64,000 bases of DNA from positions 22,630,001 through 22,694,000 of the forward strand of contig NC_135808.1 in the NCBI RefSeq assembly GCF_964213995.1. Reading direction: 5' to 3'. The position numbers were made by a program, and so were the translations under genes. The stretch's first letter is position 1, and every line of letters begins with the position of its first letter. The notes beneath the pieces are model-generated. The model was given only the letters and a program-made list of their open reading frames with translations, made no database searches and was not told the origin of the DNA. This document shows positions 33,225 through 45,204 of the stretch, in pieces. Source of the stretch: Mustelus asterias (taxonomy: Eukaryota).

Positions 33225-34590
33225 GAGTGAGGGGCTCAGGTCAGTGTGGGAGTGGGGGACTCGGGTCAGTGTGGGAGTGGGGGACTCGGGTCAGTGTGGG
33301 AGTGGGGGACTCGGGTCAGTATGGGAGTGGGGGGCTCGGGTCAGTGTGGGAGTGGAGGACTCGGGTCAGTGTGGGAGTGGGGGACTCGGGTCAGTGTGGG
33401 AGTGGGGGACTCGGGTCAGTGTGGGAGTGGGGGACTCGGGTCAGTGTGGGAGTGGGGGACTCGGGTCAGTGTGGGAGTGGGGGACTCGGGTCAGTGTGGG
33501 AGTGGGGGACTCGGGTCAGTGTGGGAGTGGGGGACTCGGGTCAGTGTGGGAGTGGGGGACTCGGGTCAGTGTGGGAGTGGGGGACTCGGGTCAGTGTGGG
33601 AGTGGGGGACTCGGGTCAGTGTGGGAGTGGGGGACTCGGGTCAGTGTGGGAGTGGGGGACTCGGGTCAGTGTGGGAGTGGGGGTCTCGGGTCAGTGCGGG
33701 AGTGAGGGGCTCGGGTCAGTGCGGGAGTGAGGGGCTCGGGTCAGTGTGGGAGTGGGGGACTCGGGTCAGTGTGGGAGTGGGGGGCTCGGGTCAGTGTGGG
33801 AGTGAGGGGCTCAGGTCAGTGTGGGAGTGAGGGGCTCAGGTCAGTGTGGGAGTGAGGGGCTCAGGTCAGTGTGGGAGTGAGGGACTGGGGTCAGTGTGGG
33901 AGTGGGGGACTCGGGTCAGTGTGGGAGTTGGGGACTCGGGTCAGTGTGGGAGTTGGGGACTCGGGTCAGTGTGGGAGTGAGGGGCTCAGGTCAGTGTGGG
34001 AGTGAGGGACTGGGGTCAGTGTGGGAGTGGAGGACTCGGGTCAGTGTGGGAGTGAGGGGGCTCGGGTCAGTGTGGGAGGGGGGACTCGGGTCAGTGTGGG
34101 AGGGGGGACTGGGGTCAGTGTGGGAGTGGGGGACTGGGGTCAGTGTGGGAGTGGGGGACTGGGGTCAGTGTGGGAGTGGGGGACTGGGGTCAGTGTGGGA
34201 GTGGGGGACTCGGGTCAGTGTGGGAGTGGGGGACTCGGGTCAGTGTGGGAGGGGGGACTGGGGTCAGTGTGGGAGTGGGGGACTGGGGTCAGTGTGGGAG
34301 TGGGGGGCTCGGGTCAGTGCGGGAGTGGGGGGCTCGGGTCAGTGTGGGAGTGGGGGGCTCGGGTCAGTGCGGGAGTGGGGGACTGGGGTCAGTGTGGGAG
34401 TGGGGGACTCGGGTCAGTGTGGGAGTGGGGGACTCGGGTCAGTGTGGGAGTGAGGGGCTCGGGTGCGTGTGGGAGTGAGGGGTTTGGGTCAGTGTGGGAG
34501 TGAGGGGCTCGGGTCAGTGTGGGAGTGAGGGACTGGGGTCAGTGTGGGAGTGAGGGGTTTGGGTGAGTGTGGGAGTGAGGGACTCGTGTT
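33225..34590 (+). repeat. 25-bp G-rich minisatellite (tcgggtcagtgtgggagtgggggac), ~54 units
   Basis: Direct tandem repetition. Confidence 0.95.
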
Positions 34591-35163
34591 TGTTGCTCTG
34601 ATGAATTGTGCTGGTGTTTAGGGGTCTGATGGGTTTGAGCTCATCAAGCCTCCTTCTCCCCTCTTCCAAATTTTCAATGATGAGCTCACCTTAAATCCAC
34701 GCTAACTTTCCTTGATTAATCTGTGCCTTTCTAAATGAAGGTTTATACTTCATCACATTGGAATTATTAATTCCAATAATTTTCCCACCAAGTAAGTTAA
34801 ACTAACTGGTGTATAATTACTCAGATTGCCCCTTCATCCCTTTTCAATCCATGGTGTAATGCTGTCAGTCCTTTAATCTCCGTTCACTCTCCTGTGACCG
34901 GGAAGAATGATTCTGATTATCGGAGCCTCTGCAATTCCCTCCTTTGCTCCTTTTAACCTGGTGATTTATCTCCTCTCAAACTTGTAAAATCCCTGAATAC
35001 ATCATCTCTTACAATGTTTATCTGATGCAGTAATTCACACATTTCCTCCTCAACTGCAATGTCAACATTGCTCCCTGTTTCCCAAACACAGTGGCAATGT
35101 ATTTATTGTAAGAAGTTTAACAACACCAGGTTAAAGTCCAACAGGTTTATTTTGTAGCAAAAG

Positions 35164-35208
35164 CCATACGAGCTTTCGGAGCTCCAAGCCCCTTCTTCAG
35201 GTGAGTGG
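35164..35208 (-). ncRNA. Minimal type-I hammerhead ribozyme motif in the PLE terminus
   Basis: Minus strand ccacucac CUGAAGA a GGGGC uugga GCUCC GAAA gc UC guaugg: core boxes, a 5-bp stem II and a palindromic AGCU stem III. Confidence 0.65.
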
Positions 35209-38064
35209 GAATTCTGTTCACAAACAGGGCATATAAAGACACAAACTCAATTTACATGAATAATGGTTGGAATGCGAATACTTACAGCTAATCAAGTCTT
35301 TAAGATACAAACAACGTGAGTGGAGAGAGCATCAAGACAGGCTAAAAAGATGTGTATTGTCTCCAGACAAGACAGCCAGTGAAACTTTGCAGGTTCAGGC
35401 AAGCTGTGGGGGTTACAAATAGTGTGACATGAACCCAATATCCCGGTTGAGGCCGTCCTCGTGTGTGCAGAACATGGCTATCAGTTTCTGCTCAGCGACT
35501 CTGCGCCGCCGTGTGTCGTGAAGGCCGCCTTGGAGAATGCTTACCCGAATATCAGAGGCCGAATGCCCGTGACCGCTGAAGTGCTTCCCAACAGGAAGAG
35601 AACAGTCTTGCCTGGTGATTGTCGAGCGGTGTTCATTCATCCGTTGTCGCAGCGTCTGCATGTTTTCCCCAATGTACCATGCCTCGGAACATCCTTTCCT
35701 GCAGCGTATCACGTAGACAACGTTGGCCGAGTTGCAAGAGTATGTGCCGTGTACCTGGTGGATGGTGTTCTCACATGAGATGATGTCATCTGTGTCAATG
35801 ATCCAGCATGTCTTGCCGAGGTTGCTGTGGCAGGGTTGTGTGGTGTCGTGGTCACTGTTCTCCTGAAGGCTGGGTAGTTTGCTGCGGACAATGGTCTGTT
35901 TGAGGTTGTGTGATTGTTTGAAGGCAAGAAATGCGGGTGTGGGGATAGCCTTGGAGAGATGTTCGTCTTCATCAATGACATGTTGAAGGCTCCGGAGGAG
36001 ATGCCGTAGCTTCTCCGCTCCGGGGAAGTAATGGACGACGAAGGGTACTCTGTCTATTGTGTCCCATGTTTGTCTTCTGAGGAGGTCGGTGCGGTTTTTC
36101 ACTATAGCGCGTTGGAACTGTTGATCAATGAGTCGAGCACTATATCCTGTTCTCATGAGGGCATCTTTCAGCGTCTGGAGGTGTCTGTTGCGATCCTCCT
36201 CATCCGAGCAGATCCTGTGTATACGGGGGGGCTTGTCCGTAGGGGATGGCTTCTTTAACATGTTTAGGGTGGAAGCTAGGGCAGTGGAGCATCGTGAGGT
36301 TATCCGTGGGCTTGCGGTACGGTGAGGTACTGAGGTGACCATCCTTAATGGAGATGCGTGTGTCCAAGAATGCAACCGATTCCGGAGAGTCGTCCATGGT
36401 GAGTCTGATGGTGGGATGGAACTTGTTGATGTCATCATAGAGTTGTTTCAGTGATTGTTCACCATGAGTCCAAAGGAAGAAAATGTAATCGATGTATCAG
36501 TACACTTCTAAATGACAACTAAACAATGAGGAACACTGCAGACAGTTACCTGCAGATCCGACCAAAGAACACACCCATCAACTCAACACTCTGATCAAGA
36601 CCTTTGATCCGGACCTTCAGAGCACCCTCCTTGCTCTCATCCCACGTACTCCACACGTTGGAAATCTCTACTGCCTCCCGAAGATACACAAGGCAAACAC
36701 ACCTGGCCATCCCATCATATCGGGCAATGGAACCTTGTGCGGGAACCTCTCCGGCTATGTCGAGGGCATCCTGAAACCCATTGTACGAAGAACTCCCAGC
36801 TTTTGTCATGACACTGTGGACTTCCTACAGAAACTCGGCATACATGGAGCAGTTGAACCAGGAGCACTCCTCGTCACAATGGATGTCTCGGCACTCTACA
36901 CCAGCATCCCCACGATGATGGCATTGCTGCAATGGCCTCAGTGCTCAGCGCCGACAAATGCCAGTTTCCAGATGCAATTTTACAACTCATCCGCTTCATC
37001 CTGGACCACAATGTCTTCACCTTCAACAACCAGTTCTTCATCCAGACACACGGAACAGCCATGGGGACCAAATTCGCACCTCAATATGCCAACATCTTCA
37101 TGCACAGGTTCGAACAAGACTTCTTCACCGCACGGGACCTTCAACCGATGCTATACACTAGATACATCGATGACATTTTCTTCCTTTGGACTCATGGTGA
37201 ACAATGACTGAAACAACTCTATGATGACATCAACAAGTTCCACCCCACCATCAGACTCACCATGGACTACTCTCCGGAATCGGTTGCATTCTTGGACACA
37301 CGCATCTCCATTAAGGACGGTCACCTCAGCACCTCACTGTACCGCAAGCCCACGGATAACCTCATGATGCTCCACTTCCCCAGCTTCCACCCTAAACAGT
37401 TAAAGAAGCCATCCCCTACGGACAAGCCCTCCATATACACAGGATCTGCTCAGATGAGGAGGATCGCAACAGACACCTCCAGACGCTGAAAGATGCCCTC
37501 ATGAGAACAGGATATAGCGCTCGACTCATTGATCAACAGTTCCAACGCGCCACAGCGAAAAACCGTACCGACCTCCTCAGAAGACAAACACGGGACACAG
37601 TGGACAGAGTACCCTTCGTCGTCCAGTACTTCCCTGGAGTGGAGAAGCTACGGCATCTCCTCCGGAGCCTTCAACATGACATTGATGAAGACGAACATCT
37701 CGCCAAGGCCATCCCCACACCCCCACTTCTTGCCTTCAAACAACCGTACAACCTCAAACAGACCATTGTCCGCAGAAGACTACTCAGCTTTCAGGAGAAC
37801 AGTGACCACGACACCACACAACCCTGTCACAGCGACCTCAGCAAGACGTGCCGGATCATTGACACAGATGCCATCATCTCACGTGAGAACACCATCCACC
37901 AGGTACACGGTACATACTCTTGCAACTCGGCCAACGTTGTCTACCTGATACGCTGCAGGAAAGGATGTCCCGAGGCATGGTACATTGGGGAAACTATGCA
38001 GACGCTGCGACAATGGATGAATGAACACCGCTCGACAATCACCAGGCACCTGTGAACAGAATTT

Positions 38065-38109
38065 CCACTCACCTGAAGAAGGGGCTTGGAGCTCTGAAAG
38101 CTTGTGTGG
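38065..38109 (+). ncRNA. Minimal hammerhead ribozyme motif (second copy)
   Basis: ccactcac CTGAAGA a ggggc ttgga gctct GAAA gc tt gtgtgg. Confidence 0.6.
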
Positions 38110-38573
38110 CTTTTGCTACCAAATAAACCTGTTGGACTTTCACCTGGTGTTGTTAAACTTCTTAATGTGTTTTACCCCAGTCCAACGCCGGCATCTCCAC
38201 ATAATGTATTTATTCACAACCTCGCCACATTCTCCACCCTCTCTCACAGGCTATCTTGTTGGTCTCCAAAAAGTTCTCCCCTTTCCTTATCCTTTTCTCT
38301 TCATGTACTGATACAGCATGTTTGGAGGTTCTTTGATATTTTCTTGGCAGCATTTTTCATGCCCTCTCTTTACTTTTCTGATTTCCTTTTTAATTTCACC
38401 CTGACACTCTCTGTACTATTCCAGGTTTCTGCATTATTAGGCGTGAGGCGTCTGATGGACTTTGCTGTTGGTATATGTGGGAGTTGGGTGGATCTGATGT
38501 GTTTTGTTGGGGGTGCTCCAGCTCTGCTGGGTTTGCCTCACTCTAAAGTGATGTCTTTCTTTCTCATCCCCAG

Positions 38574-38677
38574 TGCGGGCCCGGCAGTTTAATCCAGAGG
38601 TACCAGTCCCTGAGAACAGCAGTGGACAAGAGAATGAGGGAAGATGTGATGTCATCAAGCTGACAACCATTAACTGA
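38574..38677 (+). CDS. Candidate alternative terminal exon of gene B ((V)RARQFNPEVPVPENSSGQENEGRCDVIKLTTIN*)
   Basis: tctttctttctcatccccag acceptor. Open in phase 1. AATAAA at 38856-38861. Frame preserved in the paralogs at 44274 and 5319. Confidence 0.35.
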
Positions 38678-38959
38678 TTCAAGTTCCACATTTGTAACTC
38701 TGTAACTGGAACTGTGGTCATGGTTTGTCAGGAATTCCCCTATTTGGTGCTGCACTTTTTAAGCTATTCTGATCTGCCCTATCATCCTGCACAAATTCTA
38801 GGAACTTGTCTCGTTCACTGCAAACTGCAATCTGTAACTTTGCTGCAATGTCTGCAATAAATGATTTATTTTCACTTCCTGCCTCTGCAAAGTCTTCAAT
38901 ACAAAACTAATATTACTGGGGTAGGGTAACACCACTGCAGTGGAGAACATTTCAAGACA

Positions 38960-39283
38960 TGGGCGTTACGGTGGCACAGTGGTTAGCACTGCTGCTTCAC
39001 AGCGCCAGGGACCTGGATTCAATTCCCAGCTTAGGTCACTTTCTGTGTGGAGTTTGCACATTCTCCTCGTGTCTGCATGGGTTGCCTCCGGGTGCTCCGG
39101 TTTCCTCCCACAGTCCAAAGATGTGCGGGTTAGGTGGACTGGCAATGCTAAAATTGCCCCTTAGTGTCAGGGGGACTAGCTAGGGTAAATGCATGGGTTG
39201 CGGTGAGAGGGGTCTGGGTGGTATTGTGGTCGGTGCAAACATGATGGGCTGAATGGCCTCCTTCTGCACTGTATGATTCTATG
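38960..39283 (+). mobile_element. HE1-type SINE (duplicated at ~44659-44893)
   Basis: Canonical head and tail. Absent from the gene A paralogous site at ~5745. Confidence 0.85.
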
Positions 39284-39368
39284 AATTTGAGAAGAAATGA
39301 CCAGAAATGTACATCAAGAGGAATTAGTAACAATAAATTAGCAGCAAGAACAGATTTCAAAAAGGAAG

Positions 39369-42300
39369 GTCAGGTACTAGAGAGTACCCCAGTGGCTGTG
39401 CCCCTTAAAAATAAGCACTCCTGTTTGAGTGCTGTTGAGGGGAGCAGCCTACCTGGGGGAAGCAATAGTGGCCGTGCCTCCGGCGCAGAGTCCGGCCCGG
39501 CAGCTCAGAAGGGTAGGGGAAGGGAGGATGAGCAAACTAACCGCCGCACCAAGGTACAGGGAGCCATCCAAGTGGGGGGAGAAACAAGAAATGTAGTAGA
39601 AATTGGGGACAGTACACTTTTGGATGCCTTTGGGGGGGGGGGGGGGGGAGACTGAGCAGGGGTAAGCCATAGTGTACAGGTCGCTGACTCAGAGTCTGTC
39701 CTTGTGGCTCAGAAGGGAAGGGGGGAGAGGTGTAGAGGATTAGTCATTGGGGACTCCATAGTTGAAGGGACGGACAAGAGATTCTGCGGGAACGAGAGAG
39801 ACTCGCGGTTGGTGTGTTGCCTCCCAGGAGCCAGAGTCCACGATGTCTCGGATCGTGTTTTCGAAATCCTTAAGGGGGAGGGGGACCTGCCCCAAGTTGT
39901 GGTTCACATAGGCACTCAAGACATAGGTAGGAAAAGGGGTGGGGATGTAAGGCAGAAATTCAGGGAGTTAGGGTGGAAGCTTAGGGCTAGAACAAACAAA
40001 GTTGTTGTCTCTGGTTTGTTACCCGTGCCACGTGATAGTGAGGAGAGGAATAGGGAAAGAGAGCAGTTGAACACGTGGTTACAGGGATGGTGCAGGAGGG
40101 AAGGTTTCAGATCCCTGGACAATTGGGGCTCTTTCTGGGGTAGGTGGGACCTCTACAAACAGGATGGTCTGCACCTGAACCAGAGGTGTACCAATATCTT
40201 GGGGGAGAAAATTTGCTAATGCTCTTCGGGAGGGTTTAAACTCATTCAGCAGGGGGGTGGGTACCGGCATTGTAGCTCTGGTGTGCAGGAAGTTATGATG
40301 TGGAGATGCCGGCGTTGGACTGGGGTAAACACAATAAGAAGTTTAACAACACCAGGTTAACCTGGTGTTGTTAAACTTCTTACTGTGCAGGAAGTTGACA
40401 GTAGTGAGGTCATGAATGAGGTTTCAGGGTCGCAGGAGTGTACTAGCAGGCAGGAAGGTGGTTTGAAGTGTATATACTTCAACGCCAGGAGAATCCGGAA
40501 TAAGGTGGGTGAACTTGCAGCATGGGTTGCTACCTGGGATTTCGATGTTATGGCCATCTCGGAGACATGGATAGAGCAGGGACAGGAATGGTTGTTGCAG
40601 GTTCCAGGGTTTAGATGTTTCAGTAAGTGCAGGGAAGGTGGTAAAAGAGGGGGAGGTGTGGCATTGTTAGTCAAGGACAGTATTACGGTGGCAGAAAGGA
40701 CATTGAGGAGGACTCGTCTACTGAGGTAGTTTGGTCTGAGGTTAGAAACAGGAAAGGAGAGGTCACCCTGTTGGGAGATTTTTATAGATCTCTGAAAAGT
40801 TCCAGAGATGTACAGGAAAAGATTGCAAAGATGATTCTGGATAGGAGCGAAAGTAACAGGGTAGTTGTACTGGGGGACTTTAACTTTACAAATATTGACT
40901 GGAAAAGCTATAGTTCGAGAATTTTGGAGGGGTCGGTTTTTGTCCAATGTGTGCAGGAAGGCTTCCTGACACAGAATGTAGAAAGACCAACAAGAGGCGA
41001 GGCCACATTGGATTTGGTACTGGGTAATGAAACAGGCCAGGTGTTAGATTTGGAGGTAGGTAAGCACTTTAGTGACAGTGACCGCAATTCGATTACGTTT
41101 ACCTTAGCTATGGAAAAGGATAGGTATATACCAAAGGGCAAGAGTTATAGCTGGGGGAAAGGAAATTATGATGCGGTTTGGGGAGATTTAGCTGGCATAG
41201 GGGAAGGAAACTGCAGGGGATGGGCACAATTGTAATGTGGAACTTGTTCAAGGAACAGCTACTACACGTCCTTGATAAATATGTACCTGTCAGGCAGGGA
41301 GGAAACAGACGTGTGAGGGAACTGTGGTTTACTAAGGAGATTGAATCTCTTGTGAAGAGGAAGAAGGAGACTTATGTTAAGATGAGACATAAAGGCTCAG
41401 TTAGGGAGCTTGAGAGTTACAAGTTAGCCAGGAAGGACCTAAAGAAAGAGTTAAGAAGAGCCAGGAGCGGACATGAGAAGTCTTTGGCAGGTAGGATCAA
41501 GGAAAACCCGAAAGCTTTCTATAGGTATGTCAGGAGTAAAAGAATGACGAGGGTAAGATTAGGGCCAGTCAAGGACAGGAGTGGGAAGTTGTGCGTGGAG
41601 TCTGAAGAGATAGGAGAGGCACTAAATGAATATTTTTCGTCAGTATTCACACTGGAGAGGGACAGTGTCGAGGGGAGTACTGAGATGCAGGCTGTTGGAC
41701 TGGATGGGATTGAGGTTCATAAGGAGGAGGTGTTAGCAATTCTGGATAGGGTAAAAATATATAAGTCCCCTGGGCCGGATGGGATTTATCCTAGGATTCT
41801 CTGGGAGTCTAGGGGGGAGATTGCAGAGCCTTTGGCTTTGATCTTTGGGTCGTCATTGTCTACTGGAACAGTGCCAGAAGACTGGAGGATAGCAAATGTT
41901 GTCCCCTTGTTCAAAAAGGGGAGTAGGGACAACCCTGGTAATTATAGACCAGTGAGCCTTACTTCTGTTGTGGGCAAAGTATTGGAAAGGATTATAAGAG
42001 ATAGGATTTATAATCACCTGGAAAGGAATAATTTGATTTGGGATAGTCAGCACGGTTTTGTGAAGGGTAGGTCGTGCCTCACAAACCTTATTGAGTTCTT
42101 TGAGAAGGTGACCAAAGAGGTGGATGAGGGTAAAGCGGTTGATGTGGTGTATATGGATTTCAGCAAAGCGTTTGATTAGGTTCCCCATGGTAAGCTTTTG
42201 CAGAAAATACGGACACATGGGATTGAGGGTGATTTACTGGTTTGGATCAGGAATTGGCGAGCTGTAAGAAAACAGAGGGTGGTGGTTGATGGGAAATATT

Positions 42301-43311
42301 CATCCTGGAGTTCAGGTACCAGTGGTGTACCGCAAGGATCTGTTTTGGGGCCACTGTTGTTTGTCATTTTTATTAATGACTTGGATGAGGGTGCAGAAGG
42401 ATGGGTTAGTAAATTTGCGGATGACACTAAAGTCGGTGGAGTTGTAGACAGTGCGGAGGGAAGTGGCAGGTTACAAAGGGACATAGATAAGCTGCAGAGC
42501 TGGGCTGAGAGCTGACAAATGCAGTTTAATGCAGAAAAGTGCGAAGTGATTCACTTTGGGAGGAGTAATAGGAATACAGAGTACTGGGCTAATGGTAAGA
42601 TACTTGGTAGTGTGGATGAACAGAGGGATCTGGGTGTCCATGTGCATAGATCCCTGAAAGTTGGCACCCAGGTTGATAGGGTTGTTAAGAAGGCGTACGG
42701 TGTGTTAGCTTTTATTGGGAGAGGGATTGAGTTTCGAAACCAGGAGGTCATGTTGCAATTGCACAAAACTCTGGTGTGGCCGCACTTGGAGTATTGCGTA
42801 CAGTTCTGGTCACTGCATTATAGGAAGGATGTGGAAGTGTTGGAAAGGGTGCAGAGGAGATTTACCAGGATGTTGCCTGGTATGGTGGGAAAATCCTATG
42901 AGGAAAGGCTGAGGGGCTTGAGGTTGTTTTCGTCAGAGAGAAAAAGGTTAAGAGATGACTTAATAGAGGCATACAAGATGATCAGAGGATTAGATAGGGT
43001 GGATAGTGAGAGCCTTTTTCCTCGGATGGTGATGGCCAACACGAGGGGACATATCTTTAAATTGAGGGGTGAGAGATATAGGACAGATGTTAGAGGTAGG
43101 TTCTTTACTCAGAGAGTAGTAAGGGCGTGGAATGCCCTGCATGTAGCAGTAGTGGACTCGTCAACATTAAGAGCATTCAAATGGTTATTGGATAAACATA
43201 TGGATGATATTGGAATAGTTTAGATTAGAGGGACTTTAGATTGGTTTCACTGGTTGGCGCAACATCGAGGGCCGAAGGGCCTGTACTGTGCTGTAATGTT
43301 CTATGTTCTAT
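39369..43311 (+). mobile_element. Long CR1 LINE: ORF1 SGNH/GDSL esterase (39704-40219), ORF2 APE endonuclease + RT, with several frameshifts and stops
   Basis: LVIGDSIV/VVVHIGTQD/DGLHLN; YFNAR, ISETW, GDFNF, KSPGPDG, NYRPVSLT, YMDFSKAFD, FADDTK; (ttctatg)n tail. Empty site aaagggaag|atggtgc at ~5829. Confidence 0.95.
40295..40383 (-). mobile_element. 89-bp fold-back Penelope-like insertion inside the CR1
   Basis: Palindrome aagaagtttaacaacaccaggtt|aacctggtgttgttaaacttctt plus tail. 13-bp TSD tgtgcaggaagtt. Confidence 0.85.
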
Positions 43312-44176
43312 GATGGTGCTTCTCAAAGGTCCGAGTATTCTTTGAGATGGTAACAGACATGATGATGGGAAAACGTGGTGGATATGTGCAGCTGGATTTT
43401 AGAAAAATGTTCCCACACAGGGATTATCAGTTAAGATTAAATGAGTACTTTGCGCATCTCTTTAACTGGATCACAATGTTCTTGTATCATTGCAGCCTCT
43501 CATTCCAGATTAAAACCTGGAAGATGCATGAAGGTGACAATAAGTAACCTTTGCGGTCTTGTCCAGTTCCACCTCCCCAAGCTGTAATTCCTGATTTTGA
43601 TAACCCACCACACAGGTGTGTGACGCATGTCCTGTAGTTCCATGTGGAATTTGGGCTGCCAGCTGAGTAGAGGTATTGCAACAGGACTAGTAATCCAGAG
43701 ACACAGGATAAATTTCTGGGAACCGAGATTTGAATCCCACCAAGACAGAGGGTGGAATTTGACCTCAAGAAAAAATAAAATCTGGAATTAAAAGTCTAAT
43801 GATGACCATGAAACCATTATTAATTGTTGTAAAAACCCATCTTGTTCACTGCTGTCGTTTAGGGAAGGAAATCTGCCATCCTTACCTGGTCTGGCCTGCA
43901 TGTGACTCCAGACCCACAGCAATGTGGTTGTCTCTTAAATGTCTTTGGAAATGACCCAGCAGGATCTAGGTGGAGGGCGTGCAATGTTCATCTACCCACT
44001 TCAGCTGCATCACTGTAGCTTGTCACCAGGTGGTTCCACTGCGGCATCCTCTTTGACAGAGCTGCCTTGGGCTCAGCACTCTGTGGGGGGAGCTGATTAA
44101 GATCCAGCAGAGGGAGTGTCTGCTGGGTAGTTGTTTATAGAGCTGGCCAATTAAGATGCCGTGTCCAGCACCCAAT

Positions 44177-44893
44177 GTGGGAGTTGGGTGGATCTGATGT
44201 GTTTTGTTGGGGGTGCTCCAGCTCTGCTGGGTTTGCCTCACTCTAAAGTGATGTATTTCTTTCTCATCCCCAGTGCGGGCCAGGCAGTGTAATCCAGAGG
44301 TACCAGTCCCTGAGAACAGCAGTGGACAAGAGAATGAGGGAAGATCTGCTGTCATCGAGCTGACAGCGACCAACTGATTCAAGTTCCATATTTGTGACTC
44401 TGTAAATGGAACTGTGGTAATGGTTTGTCAGGAATTCCTCTATCTGGAGCTGCACATTTAAAGCTATTCTGATCTGCCCTATCATCCTGCACAAACTCGA
44501 GGAACCTGTCTCGTTCACTGCAAACTCAGTCACCTGTTTCTGCAATCTGTCACTTTGCTGCAATGTCTTTCACTTCCTGCCTCTGTGAAGCCTTCAATAC
44601 AAAACTAATATTGCTGGGGTAGGGTAACACCACTGCAGTGCAGAACATTTCAAGACATGGGCGGCATGGTGGCACAGTGGTTAGTACTGCTGCCTCACAG
44701 TGCCAGGGTCCTGGGTTCAATTCCCAGCTTGGGTCACTGTCTGTGTGGAGTTTGCACATTCTCCGCGTGTCTGTGTGGGTTTCCTCCGGATGCTCCAGTT
44801 TCCTCCCACAGTCCAAAGATGCGCAGTTGAGATGGATTGGCAATGCTACAATTGCCCCTTAGTGTCAGGGGGACTAGCTAGGGTAAATGCATG
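44177..44893 (+). repeat. Local direct duplication of ~38477-39195 (5.7-kb offset), including the candidate exon (44274-44377) and SINE
   Basis: Near-identical sequence starting tgtgggagttgggtggatctgatg. Confidence 0.9.
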
Positions 44894-45204
44894 TTGAATT
44901 CAGAACAGCTTGTGGATGCGGCCCTGTGCCGTCCGCTGAGGGGAATGGTCTGGCCCGTTAAGCAATAGCTCTGAGTTGAGTTTGATTGCACTGTGCAACT
45001 GCTGCGATTCGAGCTCCAAGTAGAGTTGACATCAGCAGGTGAATAGTCGATTTTGTGAATCCAGTATTCCATTGTTTAGTGGCGAATTTCCCAGTTTTTT
45101 ATTGAGCTGCATTCCTTGTTGACTTGGCTGACTTCCACAGTCAGAGAGAGAGATTTGAGATATACCTGTAAAAGGGCCACTGTAGTGTGTGATCACCCCC
45201 ATGA

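Larger units (their letters stand above)
35108..38202. mobile_element. Penelope-like element (RT + GIY-YIG) as an inverted fold-back insertion: minus-strand arm ~35108-36497, plus-strand arm ~36500-38202
   Basis: GTAMGTKFAPQYANIFM and YTRYIDDIF (RT); NVVYLIRC..WYIGET (GIY-YIG) on both strands. 12-bp TSD aatgtatttatt at 35096-35107 and 38203-38214. Empty site at ~4960-4971. Confidence 0.92.

Noticed and set aside
33175-34503. Gly/Ser/Cys/Trp-rich ORFs resembling keratin-associated or structural proteins
   Set aside because: Translations of a 25-bp minisatellite cycling through all three frames.
39704-40219. SGNH/GDSL hydrolase ORF as a host or horizontally acquired gene
   Set aside because: It is the esterase domain of CR1 ORF1, directly upstream of the APE-RT ORF2 and inside the insertion.
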